64,000 bases of DNA from a virus, in IMG/VR virus record IMGVR_UViG_3300007514_000005, positions 1 through 64,000 of that record; one strand, given 5' to 3'. Shown here one piece after another: positions 46,949 through 55,940 of this stretch. Positions within the stretch are counted from its first letter, which is position 1. Each line of letters begins with the position of its first letter. The notes beneath the pieces were generated by a model. It was given only the letters and a program-made list of their open reading frames with translations. It was not told the DNA's origin and made no database searches. Position numbers and translations under genes: made by a program.

Positions 46949-48138
46949 CAATCCCACCCGTCACCTTCTACGGTGGCGGGTTCGGCCATAGCCTCTACTT
47001 CATCGTAGGGCCACCATCCATTCACAGACAACCTTTGCTCATCCGTATCGCGGGTTCGCCATGTTTGTCCAATTAGTAGAATCTTTGTTCCAACGGCGAA
47101 ATCCACACGGAATGCGTCAGACGCACCAACATAGACTTCAACGACAGGGGCGGAAGAAGAAATATCCAAGTCAGCACAGACAAGTGTATATCCCCCATTG
47201 TCTCTAGGGTCAATGTGTATTACCTCAGCAGGAACGCTGAGAATCCTATCCCACCACCCATCAGAACCGTTGAAATTATCATAGTATGCGCGTAGGTCAT
47301 CGAGACTGCTAAGCAAGTCCTCTCCGTCCAAGTATTCAGCCATCAAACCCATAGGGTCAGACTCAAATATGTTTGCAACACTAGGTGAAAGGGTCACATC
47401 AGTCATGTCTGCCTTCACATAAGCACGCACGCCATCCTTACCTAATCTTAGCGCCATAGTTAGTGGCGTGAAGGTAGGGTATTGAATATCTGCGGCATTG
47501 CTTTGTGCAGTCACCGTCATAGCCTTCCAAGCATCGTTGCTTCCCTCAGCCCTGCCGAAGAAGAGCGAAGTGCGCTCTCTCTCGTTCTGTGGGCGTGGGT
47601 TGCCGAATTTGAAATTCTTGTCTCCGCTTGGGAAGGTCTCGTTCTTGCTATCCCAAACACAATAGAAGTGTGTAATACCATCCAATTGCATAGCGTTGGA
47701 AGGTAATTCACTTACAGTAGAAGTATCAGAACCGAAGAAGTCCTCACGCGCGTATCTAGTAAATGTTCCATCGGCGTTATCGGTGTAAAGGACAATTGAC
47801 CCGTTATCTACGAAGGTCATCCTTACTTCCTCAGAAGCATTCATCAATTGGCTCTTCATCTTGTTGTAGAGAATCTTACCCCACTCCTTTGGGCGTGGAA
47901 CGCTTACAAACATTCCTTCCATCTTGGTTGCGCCGGAGCGAGCGAGTCTTGCGTTAGCGTTGCGAATCTTACTACCTGCTACCTTAAGTGCTAGTGCGTA
48001 AGCATCCTCTTCACTCTTACCCGCTTGTATCCATGCTTCGCGCTGTTCCGCGAGCACCGCTTCTGTCTGTGCCTTCAACGAAGCCACATCAGTATTCAAT
48101 GTCTTGGCTGTCCTCTCAATTATCTTCTCGTCAATCAT
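46948..48138 (-). CDS. RPA-like OB-fold ssDNA-binding protein
   Basis: N-terminal helical domain (SEEDAYALAL), OB-like C-terminus, acidic tail ending DGWD; own promoter. Confidence 0.55.
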   Translation of the reverse strand: MIDEKIIERTAKTLNTDVASLKAQTEAVLAEQREAWIQAGKSEEDAYALALKVAGSKIRNANARLARSGATKMEGMFVSVPRPKEWGKILYNKMKSQLMNASEEVRMTFVDNGSIVLYTDNADGTFTRYAREDFFGSDTSTVSELPSNAMQLDGITHFYCVWDSKNETFPSGDKNFKFGNPRPQNERERTSLFFGRAEGSNDAWKAMTVTAQSNAADIQYPTFTPLTMALRLGKDGVRAYVKADMTDVTLSPSVANIFESDPMGLMAEYLDGEDLLSSLDDLRAYYDNFNGSDGWWDRILSVPAEVIHIDPRDNGGYTLVCADLDISSSAPVVEVYVGASDAFRVDFAVGTKILLIGQTWRTRDTDEQRLSVNGWWPYDEVEAMAEPATVEGDGWD

Positions 48139-48188
48139 GGTATCTACCTTCTTGTTCTATCCACCGCTTGTTCTATCCGCATATAAAC

Positions 48189-49070
48189 CTACGCTCCTAA
48201 ACACATTCTAACGAAATTAGCAACGACTATTTGCGGTTCTACGCCCGCAATAAAGTCGCGCTCCGCCGTGACTGCGGCATCTATTACCGCTAATTTAGAC
48301 GCTACGCGCGCGTTGGAATCTACCGCGTGTGTGAATACTCTACGCACACTTCTTCGGGGGTCGAAGCCATCAATACACTTCAAGGCTTCTTCGTAATCCT
48401 TCTCTCGGAATACTAATGTAAGGAAAATGTTAGGGTCGAATTCATCATCTATCAATGAATTAAGGAATGAAGTTTGTGTGCTTGGGGTTTTCAAAGTATT
48501 GAAGGCTTGTAGGCAGTTAATCGCGGCTCGCAAATCACCTTTATGAGCGTCAATAATCATGTTCAATTGCCCGTCTGTTATCTCTACGCCTTCTCTACCC
48601 ACTATTGTTAGTAGGCGCGCCTTCATATCCTCATCACTAATTGGTTTGAAATGTAAAACGCGACAGCGTGACTGCAACCATTGAGAGACCTTGCTTAAAT
48701 CATTACAAGTTAGAATGAAATACCCTGTCGCATTCTCAATGACTCCTTTGAGGGCGGACTGTGCCGCCGAAGTCAATTGGTCTGCTTCATCCAACAGAAA
48801 AATTTGGTTGAAATTTCCTGTCCGAGACATAGGTAGTAATTCTTCTTCTACGAATTCTATACCCCTTGTCTTCTTACTGCTCGCGTTGAAAGTGTGAAGT
48901 GTAAAATCATATCGTTGTGCTAAGGCATGAGCAAGACTTGTCTTGCCTGTTCCCGCTTCACGGCTATGGAATATCATGTGGCCCATAGAGTCTAAGGAGT
49001 CAAGAATATGCTCTTGCCCTACTATCTCATCAAGAGAGGGTCGGTGTTTAGTAGCCCAAATATAGGTCAT
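48189..49070 (-). CDS. rfcS: Clamp loader (RFC small subunit)
   Basis: WATKHRP, IVGQ, GTGKTS, NAS, LLDEADQLT..AQSAL, FILTCN, LQSRC, GDLRAAIN. Confidence 0.93.
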   Translation of the reverse strand: MTYIWATKHRPSLDEIVGQEHILDSLDSMGHMIFHSREAGTGKTSLAHALAQRYDFTLHTFNASSKKTRGIEFVEEELLPMSRTGNFNQIFLLDEADQLTSAAQSALKGVIENATGYFILTCNDLSKVSQWLQSRCRVLHFKPISDEDMKARLLTIVGREGVEITDGQLNMIIDAHKGDLRAAINCLQAFNTLKTPSTQTSFLNSLIDDEFDPNIFLTLVFREKDYEEALKCIDGFDPRRSVRRVFTHAVDSNARVASKLAVIDAAVTAERDFIAGVEPQIVVANFVRMCLGA

Positions 49071-49084
49071 GTATCTTCCTCGTA

Positions 49085-49300
49085 GGTGGGGGGAGTGGCT
49101 TTTCCAACGGCTCGCATTTCTTACTTGGATGAGTTAGAAATTTCAGGTGCTTGGATATGGTTTGGACTACCCCAAATGTGTAGCCTCGCCTAAGACAATG
49201 TTAGTTTCAAATGGTTGGTAGAATGGACTCCCATAAGTATTTTCAAGTGTCGCTTATCTCACCAAACCAAATTACGCCTCTTCGGTCTCTCCCCCCAAAC
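49085..49300. ncRNA. Candidate structured non-coding RNA / long structured leader
   Basis: Terminal helix TGGGGGGAG(49087-95)/CTCCCCCCA(49289-97), nested TGGTTTGG(49158-65)/CCAAACCA(49262-69), internal hairpin ~49117-49140; no convincing ORF; promoter motif at 49312-27. Confidence 0.5.
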
Positions 49301-49330
49301 CACACTCTATCTATCCGCATATAAACCTAA

Positions 49331-49693
49331 TTATGCGAATTTTCTTTCTATCAGTATAGCGTTAAGGAATCTGTATAGGGTAGCCATTTCGTGCTTGTAT
49401 CCAACAGGATTTCGTGAGTCTGTCTCAAGCCCCGCCAAAATACCTAGAGTCAGACCACGAATGAACTCAACCGACCACGCATCGGCCTCTTGAAGATAGG
49501 ACATGATATACTCATACTCTTCCTCTTCATAATCTAAGGTGAAATCTACATCAGCGAGATAAGCCACGCAATCTTTGAGATAAGCAATGTGTCTTGAGTT
49601 TTCCTCAGTCAAAATATCTGATAACAAGGGGTCTGTTCCAAAAGCCCCCATAGAGTGCATAAATTCTAACACAAGTCTCACATCATCTTCCAT
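49331..49693 (-). CDS. Hypothetical protein
   Basis: 120-aa acidic helical ORF with promoter motif upstream. Confidence 0.65.
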   Translation of the reverse strand: MEDDVRLVLEFMHSMGAFGTDPLLSDILTEENSRHIAYLKDCVAYLADVDFTLDYEEEEYEYIMSYLQEADAWSVEFIRGLTLGILAGLETDSRNPVGYKHEMATLYRFLNAILIERKFA

Positions 49694-49739
49694 GCTTATT
49701 TCATGGTTATAGTGTGCTATAATCTATCCGCATATTAAC

Positions 49740-50135
49740 TCATCGTCTAATACAATGCAAACAAACATTACTATCAGGGGGAAAGACGCGAATACGCCCG
49801 CATTTACATTTCTGCGAATCTTTTTTCTGCTGTGGAGTCATAACCGTCAAGGAGCGAGTAAAGACAATATCTTCTTTACTCCTGATTAGTTTTCTATCAA
49901 TGTCGTAAATTAAATGCTTGGCCTTTGTTCCGATAGCATTTTCTACTTGCTCAGAACCAACGGCCACCACCTGTGGATTCTTAGACATTAACGCGCTCAG
50001 ACTATGGGGAGAAGGAACGGTTCTAACTGATTTTTTCTTGCTTAGTAGGTCAGCCATGCCCTCTTTCGTCATTTCGCCATACTCGTATAGTATATCCACA
50101 ATTATTCTGCGTATGCGCCTATTGTTCGCACTCAT
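49740..50135 (-). CDS. wHTH + C-terminal Zn finger protein
   Basis: MTKEGMADLL...PSPHSLSALMSK...; CKCGR...CLHC. Confidence 0.65.
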   Translation of the reverse strand: MSANNRRIRRIIVDILYEYGEMTKEGMADLLSKKKSVRTVPSPHSLSALMSKNPQVVAVGSEQVENAIGTKAKHLIYDIDRKLIRSKEDIVFTRSLTVMTPQQKKDSQKCKCGRIRVFPPDSNVCLHCIRR

Positions 50136-50173
50136 GTATAGTCGTGATACTTAAGTGTATTTGAGAGTATTGA

Positions 50174-50350
50174 TTAGTCATCCTGCCCCATAAACATTGA
50201 AGCATAGAAGAATTCACCTTCGTCTCCTTCTTTTTTGTATTTGTGTGTCGGAACAACACTCGCAATTTCATGTAATAATGCCCCCCATACTGCCGCCAAA
50301 AACATGATTAGTATAGGGATAATACAACACAAAGCCAAAATCAAATCCAT
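50174..50350 (-). CDS. Small membrane protein (58 aa, not in track)
   Basis: MDLILALCCIIPILIMFLAAVWGALL... Confidence 0.55.
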   Translation of the reverse strand: MDLILALCCIIPILIMFLAAVWGALLHEIASVVPTHKYKKEGDEGEFFYASMFMGQDD

Positions 50351-51006
50351 TCGTTAGCCCCCACTTTTGTTTTGTTAATGTTCTTTGGAATCTCAACCGC
50401 CTTATCTCGTATCTCGTTGGCGGCAGAATCATTACCCTCTATAATTTCCTTCCAATACTTGTCGGTTTGGCGGAAGGGAAGGGGAACATCTTGAACATCT
50501 TTGTTCTTTTTCGGCCACTTTGTCTTCTCATGTGAGGCTTCTACCCCGTAAGCAAAAATAGCCCTTACATATTCATCGGGTAATTCCATATTTGCTTGCG
50601 CAATGCGTCTCCAAAGAGCAATGTCGTCTCTATTTTGCCTTAGAAAAGCAAGACCATAGGGAATTGGTAATTCTCTTATCGCATACCACACTCTCTTGCG
50701 GTCTTTCCAAGAGAGCATAGCCATCACATCGTTAAGGTAGGAGCGCCCCTGTCGGGTAGCCCACTCATCAATAATGACGGAATCCTGTAAGTCTCCGGTA
50801 ATTACGGGCGGTTTTTCGGTGCAAACCACCAATCTATTACCGACATACGGAAGCCACGCTTCAACATCTTTCTGTGTGAATCTGTCCGTGCGTAGAATGT
50901 AAGTGGTATCGGGGTTAGAGGGCGGGGTATCTATTTTACCCGTCATAAGAATGTAATTACCAACCATGAATTTTTCATCATCATTAGTAAAAATAACTAC
51001 TCCCAA
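50341..51006 (-). CDS. Hypothetical protein, possibly degenerate clamp-loader large subunit
   Basis: 221 aa; weak resemblance of PIPYGLAFLRQN...LWRR to the RfcL collar region; no Walker motifs. Confidence 0.4.
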   Translation of the reverse strand: MGVVIFTNDDEKFMVGNYILMTGKIDTPPSNPDTTYILRTDRFTQKDVEAWLPYVGNRLVVCTEKPPVITGDLQDSVIIDEWATRQGRSYLNDVMAMLSWKDRKRVWYAIRELPIPYGLAFLRQNRDDIALWRRIAQANMELPDEYVRAIFAYGVEASHEKTKWPKKNKDVQDVPLPFRQTDKYWKEIIEGNDSAANEIRDKAVEIPKNINKTKVGANEWI

Positions 51007-51017
51007 ATTTTTTCCCC

Positions 51018-51287
51018 CTAATTTTCTTTACCGTCTATATATACAAAGGGGTCATGCGCATAAACATAATCGCACAAGCGCCGATACTGTGAGTCGGACA
51101 ACAACCACGCATCTCTAACTGCTTTAGCCGTTAAAGAGTAGCCGTTGTTAGACCAAAGAATCTTACCGTCTCCGAGAACACCTACTAGACCATCCTCTAT
51201 CATTGCTGTAATAAGTAAAGGCCATTCGTCCTTGTATATCGGGCGCTTGAACAAATACCTATTTGTCTTGCTTCTCCATTGCTTCAT
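51018..51287 (-). CDS. Hypothetical protein
   Basis: 89 aa, coupled in operon. Confidence 0.6.
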   Translation of the reverse strand: MKQWRSKTNRYLFKRPIYKDEWPLLITAMIEDGLVGVLGDGKILWSNNGYSLTAKAVRDAWLLSDSQYRRLCDYVYAHDPFVYIDGKEN

Positions 51288-51573
51288 CTAAAGGACTCCC
51301 CTCTTTCTTGTAGGTCTTTACGCTCGCTCTCGCACCTTCCGGCCACTTAGTATTCATAGTCAAATACACAGAATACTCGTTGCGCGGACTGTCTTCATCG
51401 TTGCGCTTCCACACAATACCATGCTCTAAACACTCAAGGTATTCCAAAGCCTTAACTTCTTGTGCGAAAAATTTAGGGGGCATTCTTACTATATTCCATC
51501 CGTCTCGGAAGTAATTGTATCTTCCATCTCTAGCATGACCCGTGACTTTGAAGGGCATAGAACCTATACTCAT
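51259..51573 (-). CDS. Hypothetical protein
   Basis: 104 aa; ATGA overlap with the upstream gene. Confidence 0.6.
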   Translation of the reverse strand: MSIGSMPFKVTGHARDGRYNYFRDGWNIVRMPPKFFAQEVKALEYLECLEHGIVWKRNDEDSPRNEYSVYLTMNTKWPEGARASVKTYKKEGSPLDEAMEKQDK

Positions 51574-52196
51574 TCTATCACCTCGTAATCAACATCAATC
51601 ACATTAGACGGGGCTTTCAGCGCCGCCATTCTCAATTCTATATCGTCTAACAATTCAGGGTGGTGCTTCAAAGTATCAACAAGTATGCCGCTTAAATTAT
51701 TCATCTGCGCTTGCGCGAGAAGTAATTGGGAATCAACACCAATCTCCTTCTTCAATTGACCTACTAATTTGAGACTTGAGTTAGCCTGTCCTATGAGTCT
51801 TGTGGCGTCAGCAACGAAGTCGGAAGTAATGCCGCCATGTTGCTCCTTTCTCTCTTCTAACTCATCCAAGTAAGAGCGTATTCTTATTACAATATCTTCT
51901 GCTGAGTCGAGCGTGTTAATGGACTGCTCTCTTGCCTTCTCCAAGTGCTGTGCTTCTTCGGGGTCGAATTCAATGTGACTCTCCATGTGGGTCATCACCG
52001 TTCCTTCCGGCCAATTATGTTTGCTCTCTAAATAATCGGGGGAAGTTTCGTCAGCCATCACATCTTTTTCGTAATCCTTTCGCTTTTTATGGTCGCACAT
52101 ACCGCACCCACCATCAAGCACCCATCGGAGCACTTCAATAACGAAAGCATCATTCTCATTAGCAAGTCTTTGTTGTATCTCTAATCGTGTTTTCAT
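51570..52196 (-). CDS. Putative terminase small subunit (Zn-finger/HTH + coiled coil)
   Basis: CGMCDH..R...H..SH, oligomerisation-type helices, C-terminal VIDVDYEV tail typical of TerS-like proteins. Confidence 0.5.
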   Translation of the reverse strand: MKTRLEIQQRLANENDAFVIEVLRWVLDGGCGMCDHKKRKDYEKDVMADETSPDYLESKHNWPEGTVMTHMESHIEFDPEEAQHLEKAREQSINTLDSAEDIVIRIRSYLDELEERKEQHGGITSDFVADATRLIGQANSSLKLVGQLKKEIGVDSQLLLAQAQMNNLSGILVDTLKHHPELLDDIELRMAALKAPSNVIDVDYEVIE

Positions 52197-53488
52197 TCTA
52201 CTCCCCCTGTTCCTATTCTACAAAGCATACCCTTTCTACCACGCCTGTTGGTCTCCGGCTCGTATTCACTATACCATGACTGTCCTTCAAGGTTTTCTAT
52301 GACCCACCGCTTAGCGCTTTGGTAATCACCTTGTGTAATCATGCGGGAAATCTCCTTCAACAATTGAGACTTAGGTAAGTCTTGCTTCCAAAAGGTAGAG
52401 CGTATCAATTCAAGGTCTGCATCCATTACTCGCCTTCGTTGTAGTAGAGACAGGTTAAGTATCTCTTCTAACTGCTCGTCCATAGTAATGAGTAAGGGTT
52501 GTCCGCCCTTGTAGGTAGGTTGCATCATGTGGTATCCAATCGCAAGCCTACGGAATAAGTCTGCCTCAAAGGAACGAACATCGGGGCGTTCAATCCACTC
52601 CCCAATGTCGTCATCGAATATAATCCCCGTAGGGGGGTTGGCTACCGCATACTCCATGCGGTTCTTTAACCATTGTTTTATCTCAAAAGCCATCGAAGCC
52701 AATTGCGTCCTTTCTTCTACGCTCATGTTAGACTGTTGGTGTTGGGCCTTCTTGTAGAGCAATTCCTTTTCGGGAGTCATCTCAATATCAATAATGAAGA
52801 ATCTTCGGTCAAGGCCGGAGTCTAACTCAAACCTTGCGGGCTGTGTTCCTGCCCATACTGTGTAGCGGGTTGTGTATCGAACCCACCCATTGCGTAGCGC
52901 TTTTTGCACGCGCCCATTGTCTAGGGAAGTCAGCAATTGGTTTTTCATATCCATACTGTGGTCTTTTTTTGACGCATCAGACATACTGCTGAATTCCTCA
53001 AAGCCTAAGAATCCACCACACATCTCACGAGCAATAGGTCTGCCCGTCAGGTCTCCGAATTCATCCACAGAACCAAACATACCTGCTTCCGTTATAGAGT
53101 TAGCACCCATCATGGTTCTCATGCCCTGCCCTAACTCTTGGTTTTGGTTGTGAAGAAGGCCTGTGCCTTCGGCTAGGAATAGTAGAATCATAACCGACTT
53201 ACCACTACCCTTAGCACCACGCAACATAATATGTATGCGCGTATCAGGTAATTGCGACATGGGTGTGTAGAACGGTATATTGCTGTGGCGTAGCGGGCAG
53301 TTATCAATAGTGAAGTCGTTTTCTTCATCCACCAACGGGCTGTCGGGGTCGAAGTCGCAACGACTACACTTGTTTAGCGCGTTGAATATGTGACTTCCTA
53401 TACTGCATAGGAAAATCGGCAGTTTATCATCTACATCAACATAGTAATTTCGCCGTGCGAATTCTTTAACGCTTGTAAATATGTTCAT
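52193..53488 (-). CDS. MCM-like AAA+ ATPase lacking the N-terminal domain
   Basis: GAKGSGKS, SITEAGMFGS, GGFLGFEEF, LLTSLDNGRV, VWAGTQP, LDRRF. Confidence 0.75.
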   Translation of the reverse strand: MNIFTSVKEFARRNYYVDVDDKLPIFLCSIGSHIFNALNKCSRCDFDPDSPLVDEENDFTIDNCPLRHSNIPFYTPMSQLPDTRIHIMLRGAKGSGKSVMILLFLAEGTGLLHNQNQELGQGMRTMMGANSITEAGMFGSVDEFGDLTGRPIAREMCGGFLGFEEFSSMSDASKKDHSMDMKNQLLTSLDNGRVQKALRNGWVRYTTRYTVWAGTQPARFELDSGLDRRFFIIDIEMTPEKELLYKKAQHQQSNMSVEERTQLASMAFEIKQWLKNRMEYAVANPPTGIIFDDDIGEWIERPDVRSFEADLFRRLAIGYHMMQPTYKGGQPLLITMDEQLEEILNLSLLQRRRVMDADLELIRSTFWKQDLPKSQLLKEISRMITQGDYQSAKRWVIENLEGQSWYSEYEPETNRRGRKGMLCRIGTGGVE

Positions 53489-54390
53489 GGCCTAAATTCC
53501 CCGTTGTCTGTGCTGTCTCCGAATAGGTCATCAGTATTAAAGCCATCGGCAGGTGGAATAATGTCGTTTATGTTTATCTGAGTCATTGTCTTCATCTCAC
53601 TTAGTTTAAGCGACATTTCTTCAAGCGCTTCTTCATCGTGGTTTAGTCCGTATTTTAAGCGTAAGTGGTTAAGGAAGGTATCTGCAACATCACTATCCAT
53701 GAAGTCTGTTCCTACACCACCCAACAATACTTCTGAAAAGCGCGGAGTATTTTCACAGAAGGTTGCGAATAAATCACACCATATCCACACATTAGGTTGG
53801 ACTACGAAATCATCATGGGTATCAACCATTGTGTCTCCGTGCATTTTTTCTACCTCATCTGCTAAGCGCACGAAGTCGTATTCTACAATGTGTCCGTGTT
53901 CTACATCACCAAAGTCCTCAAATTCCCTGTGGAAAGTAAATAGGTTGCTAGTCAGGTAAGACATTCTATTGACGCCTACCTCATTGAGTAGCATTATTAT
54001 ATCCCTTACAATAGGGTAGGTGTAGAGCCAAACCATCGGGTTGGCGTTAGGTCTCATCGTAGGCTCTACGGGGTGTAGGTTTGGAATCCTCAGTATGAAG
54101 AATCTTTCACCCTTATTGTTGTAAGTTTCGTAGAGTCTGTATTCGGGCCAAAACGGGGCGGGAATATAATTGACCGCATTCACAGTCATTAGGTTAGAGT
54201 AAATCTTAGCAATGGGTTCTTGCTCTCCTATCAAAGCCCTACCTGCGAGTGCAGTAGCAAAGCCGTGCTCCTGTTGGTAATACACAATCAAGTGTGTGTT
54301 TTCCTTCTCCGGTTTTTCATCAGTCCAAACCATATCCACATTCATTCTACTTTCTATTACACTCATAGTAAATTCTCCTGTCTCTTCCAT
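53485..54390 (-). CDS. PAC2-family (proteasome assembly chaperone-like) protein
   Basis: HGFATALAGRALI, PEYRLY, IVRDIIMLLNEVGVNRMSYL, DSDVADTFLNHLRLKYGLNHDEEALEE follow the PAC2/PbaA-B pattern in order. Confidence 0.55.
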   Translation of the reverse strand: MEETGEFTMSVIESRMNVDMVWTDEKPEKENTHLIVYYQQEHGFATALAGRALIGEQEPIAKIYSNLMTVNAVNYIPAPFWPEYRLYETYNNKGERFFILRIPNLHPVEPTMRPNANPMVWLYTYPIVRDIIMLLNEVGVNRMSYLTSNLFTFHREFEDFGDVEHGHIVEYDFVRLADEVEKMHGDTMVDTHDDFVVQPNVWIWCDLFATFCENTPRFSEVLLGGVGTDFMDSDVADTFLNHLRLKYGLNHDEEALEEMSLKLSEMKTMTQININDIIPPADGFNTDDLFGDSTDNGEFRP

Positions 54391-54765
54391 TCATCTCTCA
54401 CAAATTTCGGGTGTGCCTTTATGTTCATAACCAAGTGGTCTTTTGTAAGAAGGTCTGCTATTTTGCTTTTTATTTCCTCGTCACTCAAAGGCGCATAAAG
54501 AGGAATCGTGCTACTCCTATTCCCGTATGCGTTGTAGTTTTCTTCCACACCTACACACTTGAACCACCTAGACTTCCTCAACACCTGCGCCACCTGATTC
54601 ATCGAGTATGTCTTTCGTGTCCTTACGACTCTACCTGACGACTTGTAAATGGAAGTCCATTCGTTGAGAACATTGTGTATCTCTCGTGTATTCATTGCTC
54701 GCCCTTTTTCTTTCATTGCCGTGTATGCTCTATGTTGCATCGTGGCGTTGCCTCTACTAGCCATA
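54363..54765 (-). CDS. Winged-helix DNA-binding protein
   Basis: AMNTREIHNVL...SMNQVAQVLRKSRWFKCVG; first gene after promoter motif 54780 (track start 54788). Confidence 0.6.
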
Positions 54766-54824
54766 AACCTCATACCACCTGTCCGCATATAATTCTTTTT
54801 AATTCACCCACACAAGCAGAAATA

Positions 54825-54960
54825 ATAAATCGCACTACTGCGAGCCACCCCATCTATTTCTTCAATTTCTTCAATGGTATGTTAGAGACCTTCCCTTCCT
54901 TAAACCACTATTGAAATAATTGAGGAAATTAGAAAAGCGTTAGACTGCAAGCCGATAATT
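54825..54960. repeat. Quasi-palindromic iteron-like element B
   Basis: TTTCTTCAA x2 + TGGT, pyrimidine spacer, ACTATTGAAATAATTGAGGAAAT; flanked by two ACTGC(G/A)AGCC boxes; inverted homolog of element A. Confidence 0.8.
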
Positions 54961-54966
54961 CTTTTT

Positions 54967-55737
54967 TCACTTGTTGGAATTAAGAAAATAATTGTTGAAC
55001 CACGCCCTTTCCATAGCGTCTTGCTCTTTAGGTTTCATGTTAGTGGTATCTTTAAGCGGTATATTAGAGCGGAACATAGCATTCTCCATCTTGTTTATCT
55101 CATCAATGAAAGTGTCGAGAACATCATAGAATTTTTCTGCTTCCAAGCCGCTAATTTTACCCTTGAAAATAACGGGGTCTATTGGCTGAACAAACCCTGC
55201 TCCTGTATCATAACGAGCGCGAACCTTCACCTCTTTATCCATCTGAATAATCTCAATGTTGCGCTGTCCATCCATGTGTGTTAGGCGGTAGTATGCACCA
55301 TCCGGCTTAATGAATACGCGCGTGTCTAAACCGCACCCTAACCTACCCTCACAGTAGCCCCTAATCTCTTCTAAGACCACCGCGTTGGCCTCTACCCATG
55401 TGGTAGCATCCTTACCTACTACTCCACCAATCACACCATTCAGAACCATGACTACCACGACCTCATTGTAGTGGGTAAAGTATTCTTCAAGAATCTCCTT
55501 CAATGGGTTAGCATTTACAATAGAAGAATACTCGTTGTAGTTTAACTCCGAGTCTAGCGACTTGAGAATCTTATGCACTACTTTGTGTTCATCTATGTGG
55601 TATTTTTCACCGTTATAGACAAGCCACACATCTGCTTTTTTAATTACCTTGTTTTGCCGTCCGCCCCTGCTCCAAGTAGAAGCCGACTCAACCTCAATCT
55701 TTGAAGTCTGTAATTCTAAGACCTTCACGCTTTCCAT
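54967..55737 (-). CDS. Hypothetical protein
   Basis: 256-aa ORF. Confidence 0.7.
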   Translation of the reverse strand: MESVKVLELQTSKIEVESASTWSRGGRQNKVIKKADVWLVYNGEKYHIDEHKVVHKILKSLDSELNYNEYSSIVNANPLKEILEEYFTHYNEVVVVMVLNGVIGGVVGKDATTWVEANAVVLEEIRGYCEGRLGCGLDTRVFIKPDGAYYRLTHMDGQRNIEIIQMDKEVKVRARYDTGAGFVQPIDPVIFKGKISGLEAEKFYDVLDTFIDEINKMENAMFRSNIPLKDTTNMKPKEQDAMERAWFNNYFLNSNK

Positions 55738-55940
55738 TCAGCCCACCACTCAGGGTTCTCCGTTTTATCTCCACGAACCCAAGCCGAATATGCCTTCATG
55801 GTCTTGTAGTAATCATCTCGTAGTGCAAAGGTGTATTTACTAGGTGCTTTCACACCGAACCACTTGTATGCTCTACGCAATATCTCTTCTGCTTCCATTT
55901 TTTCTTCTTCTTCCATCATATCTTCCTTCCTTCTATCCAA
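55725..55940 (-). CDS. Hypothetical protein
   Basis: 71 aa, overlapping neighbours. Confidence 0.55.
   Translation of the reverse strand: MDRRKEDMMEEEEKMEAEEILRRAYKWFGVKAPSKYTFALRDDYYKTMKAYSAWVRGDKTENPEWWAEWKA

Noticed and set aside
49085-49300. tmRNA, RNase P or SRP RNA identity
   Set aside because: The G-rich/C-rich termini are suggestive, but T-loop/CCA end, RNase P CR-I/CR-V and SRP helix 8 motifs were not found.
50174-50350. Stop-codon readthrough of ORF 50341-51006 into a TM segment
   Set aside because: On recount, the TM segment is a separate overlapping ORF starting at ATG 50350 in another frame.
40507-53488. Inteins or introns in PolB, RFC or the MCM-like protein
   Set aside because: Proteins are compact, with no intein C/S...HN junctions or LAGLIDADG motifs.
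54855-54930. ATTGAAA-containing repeats as a mini-CRISPR array
   Set aside because: Units are ~9 bp, tandem and inverted, with no 25-40 bp direct repeats separated by unique spacers.
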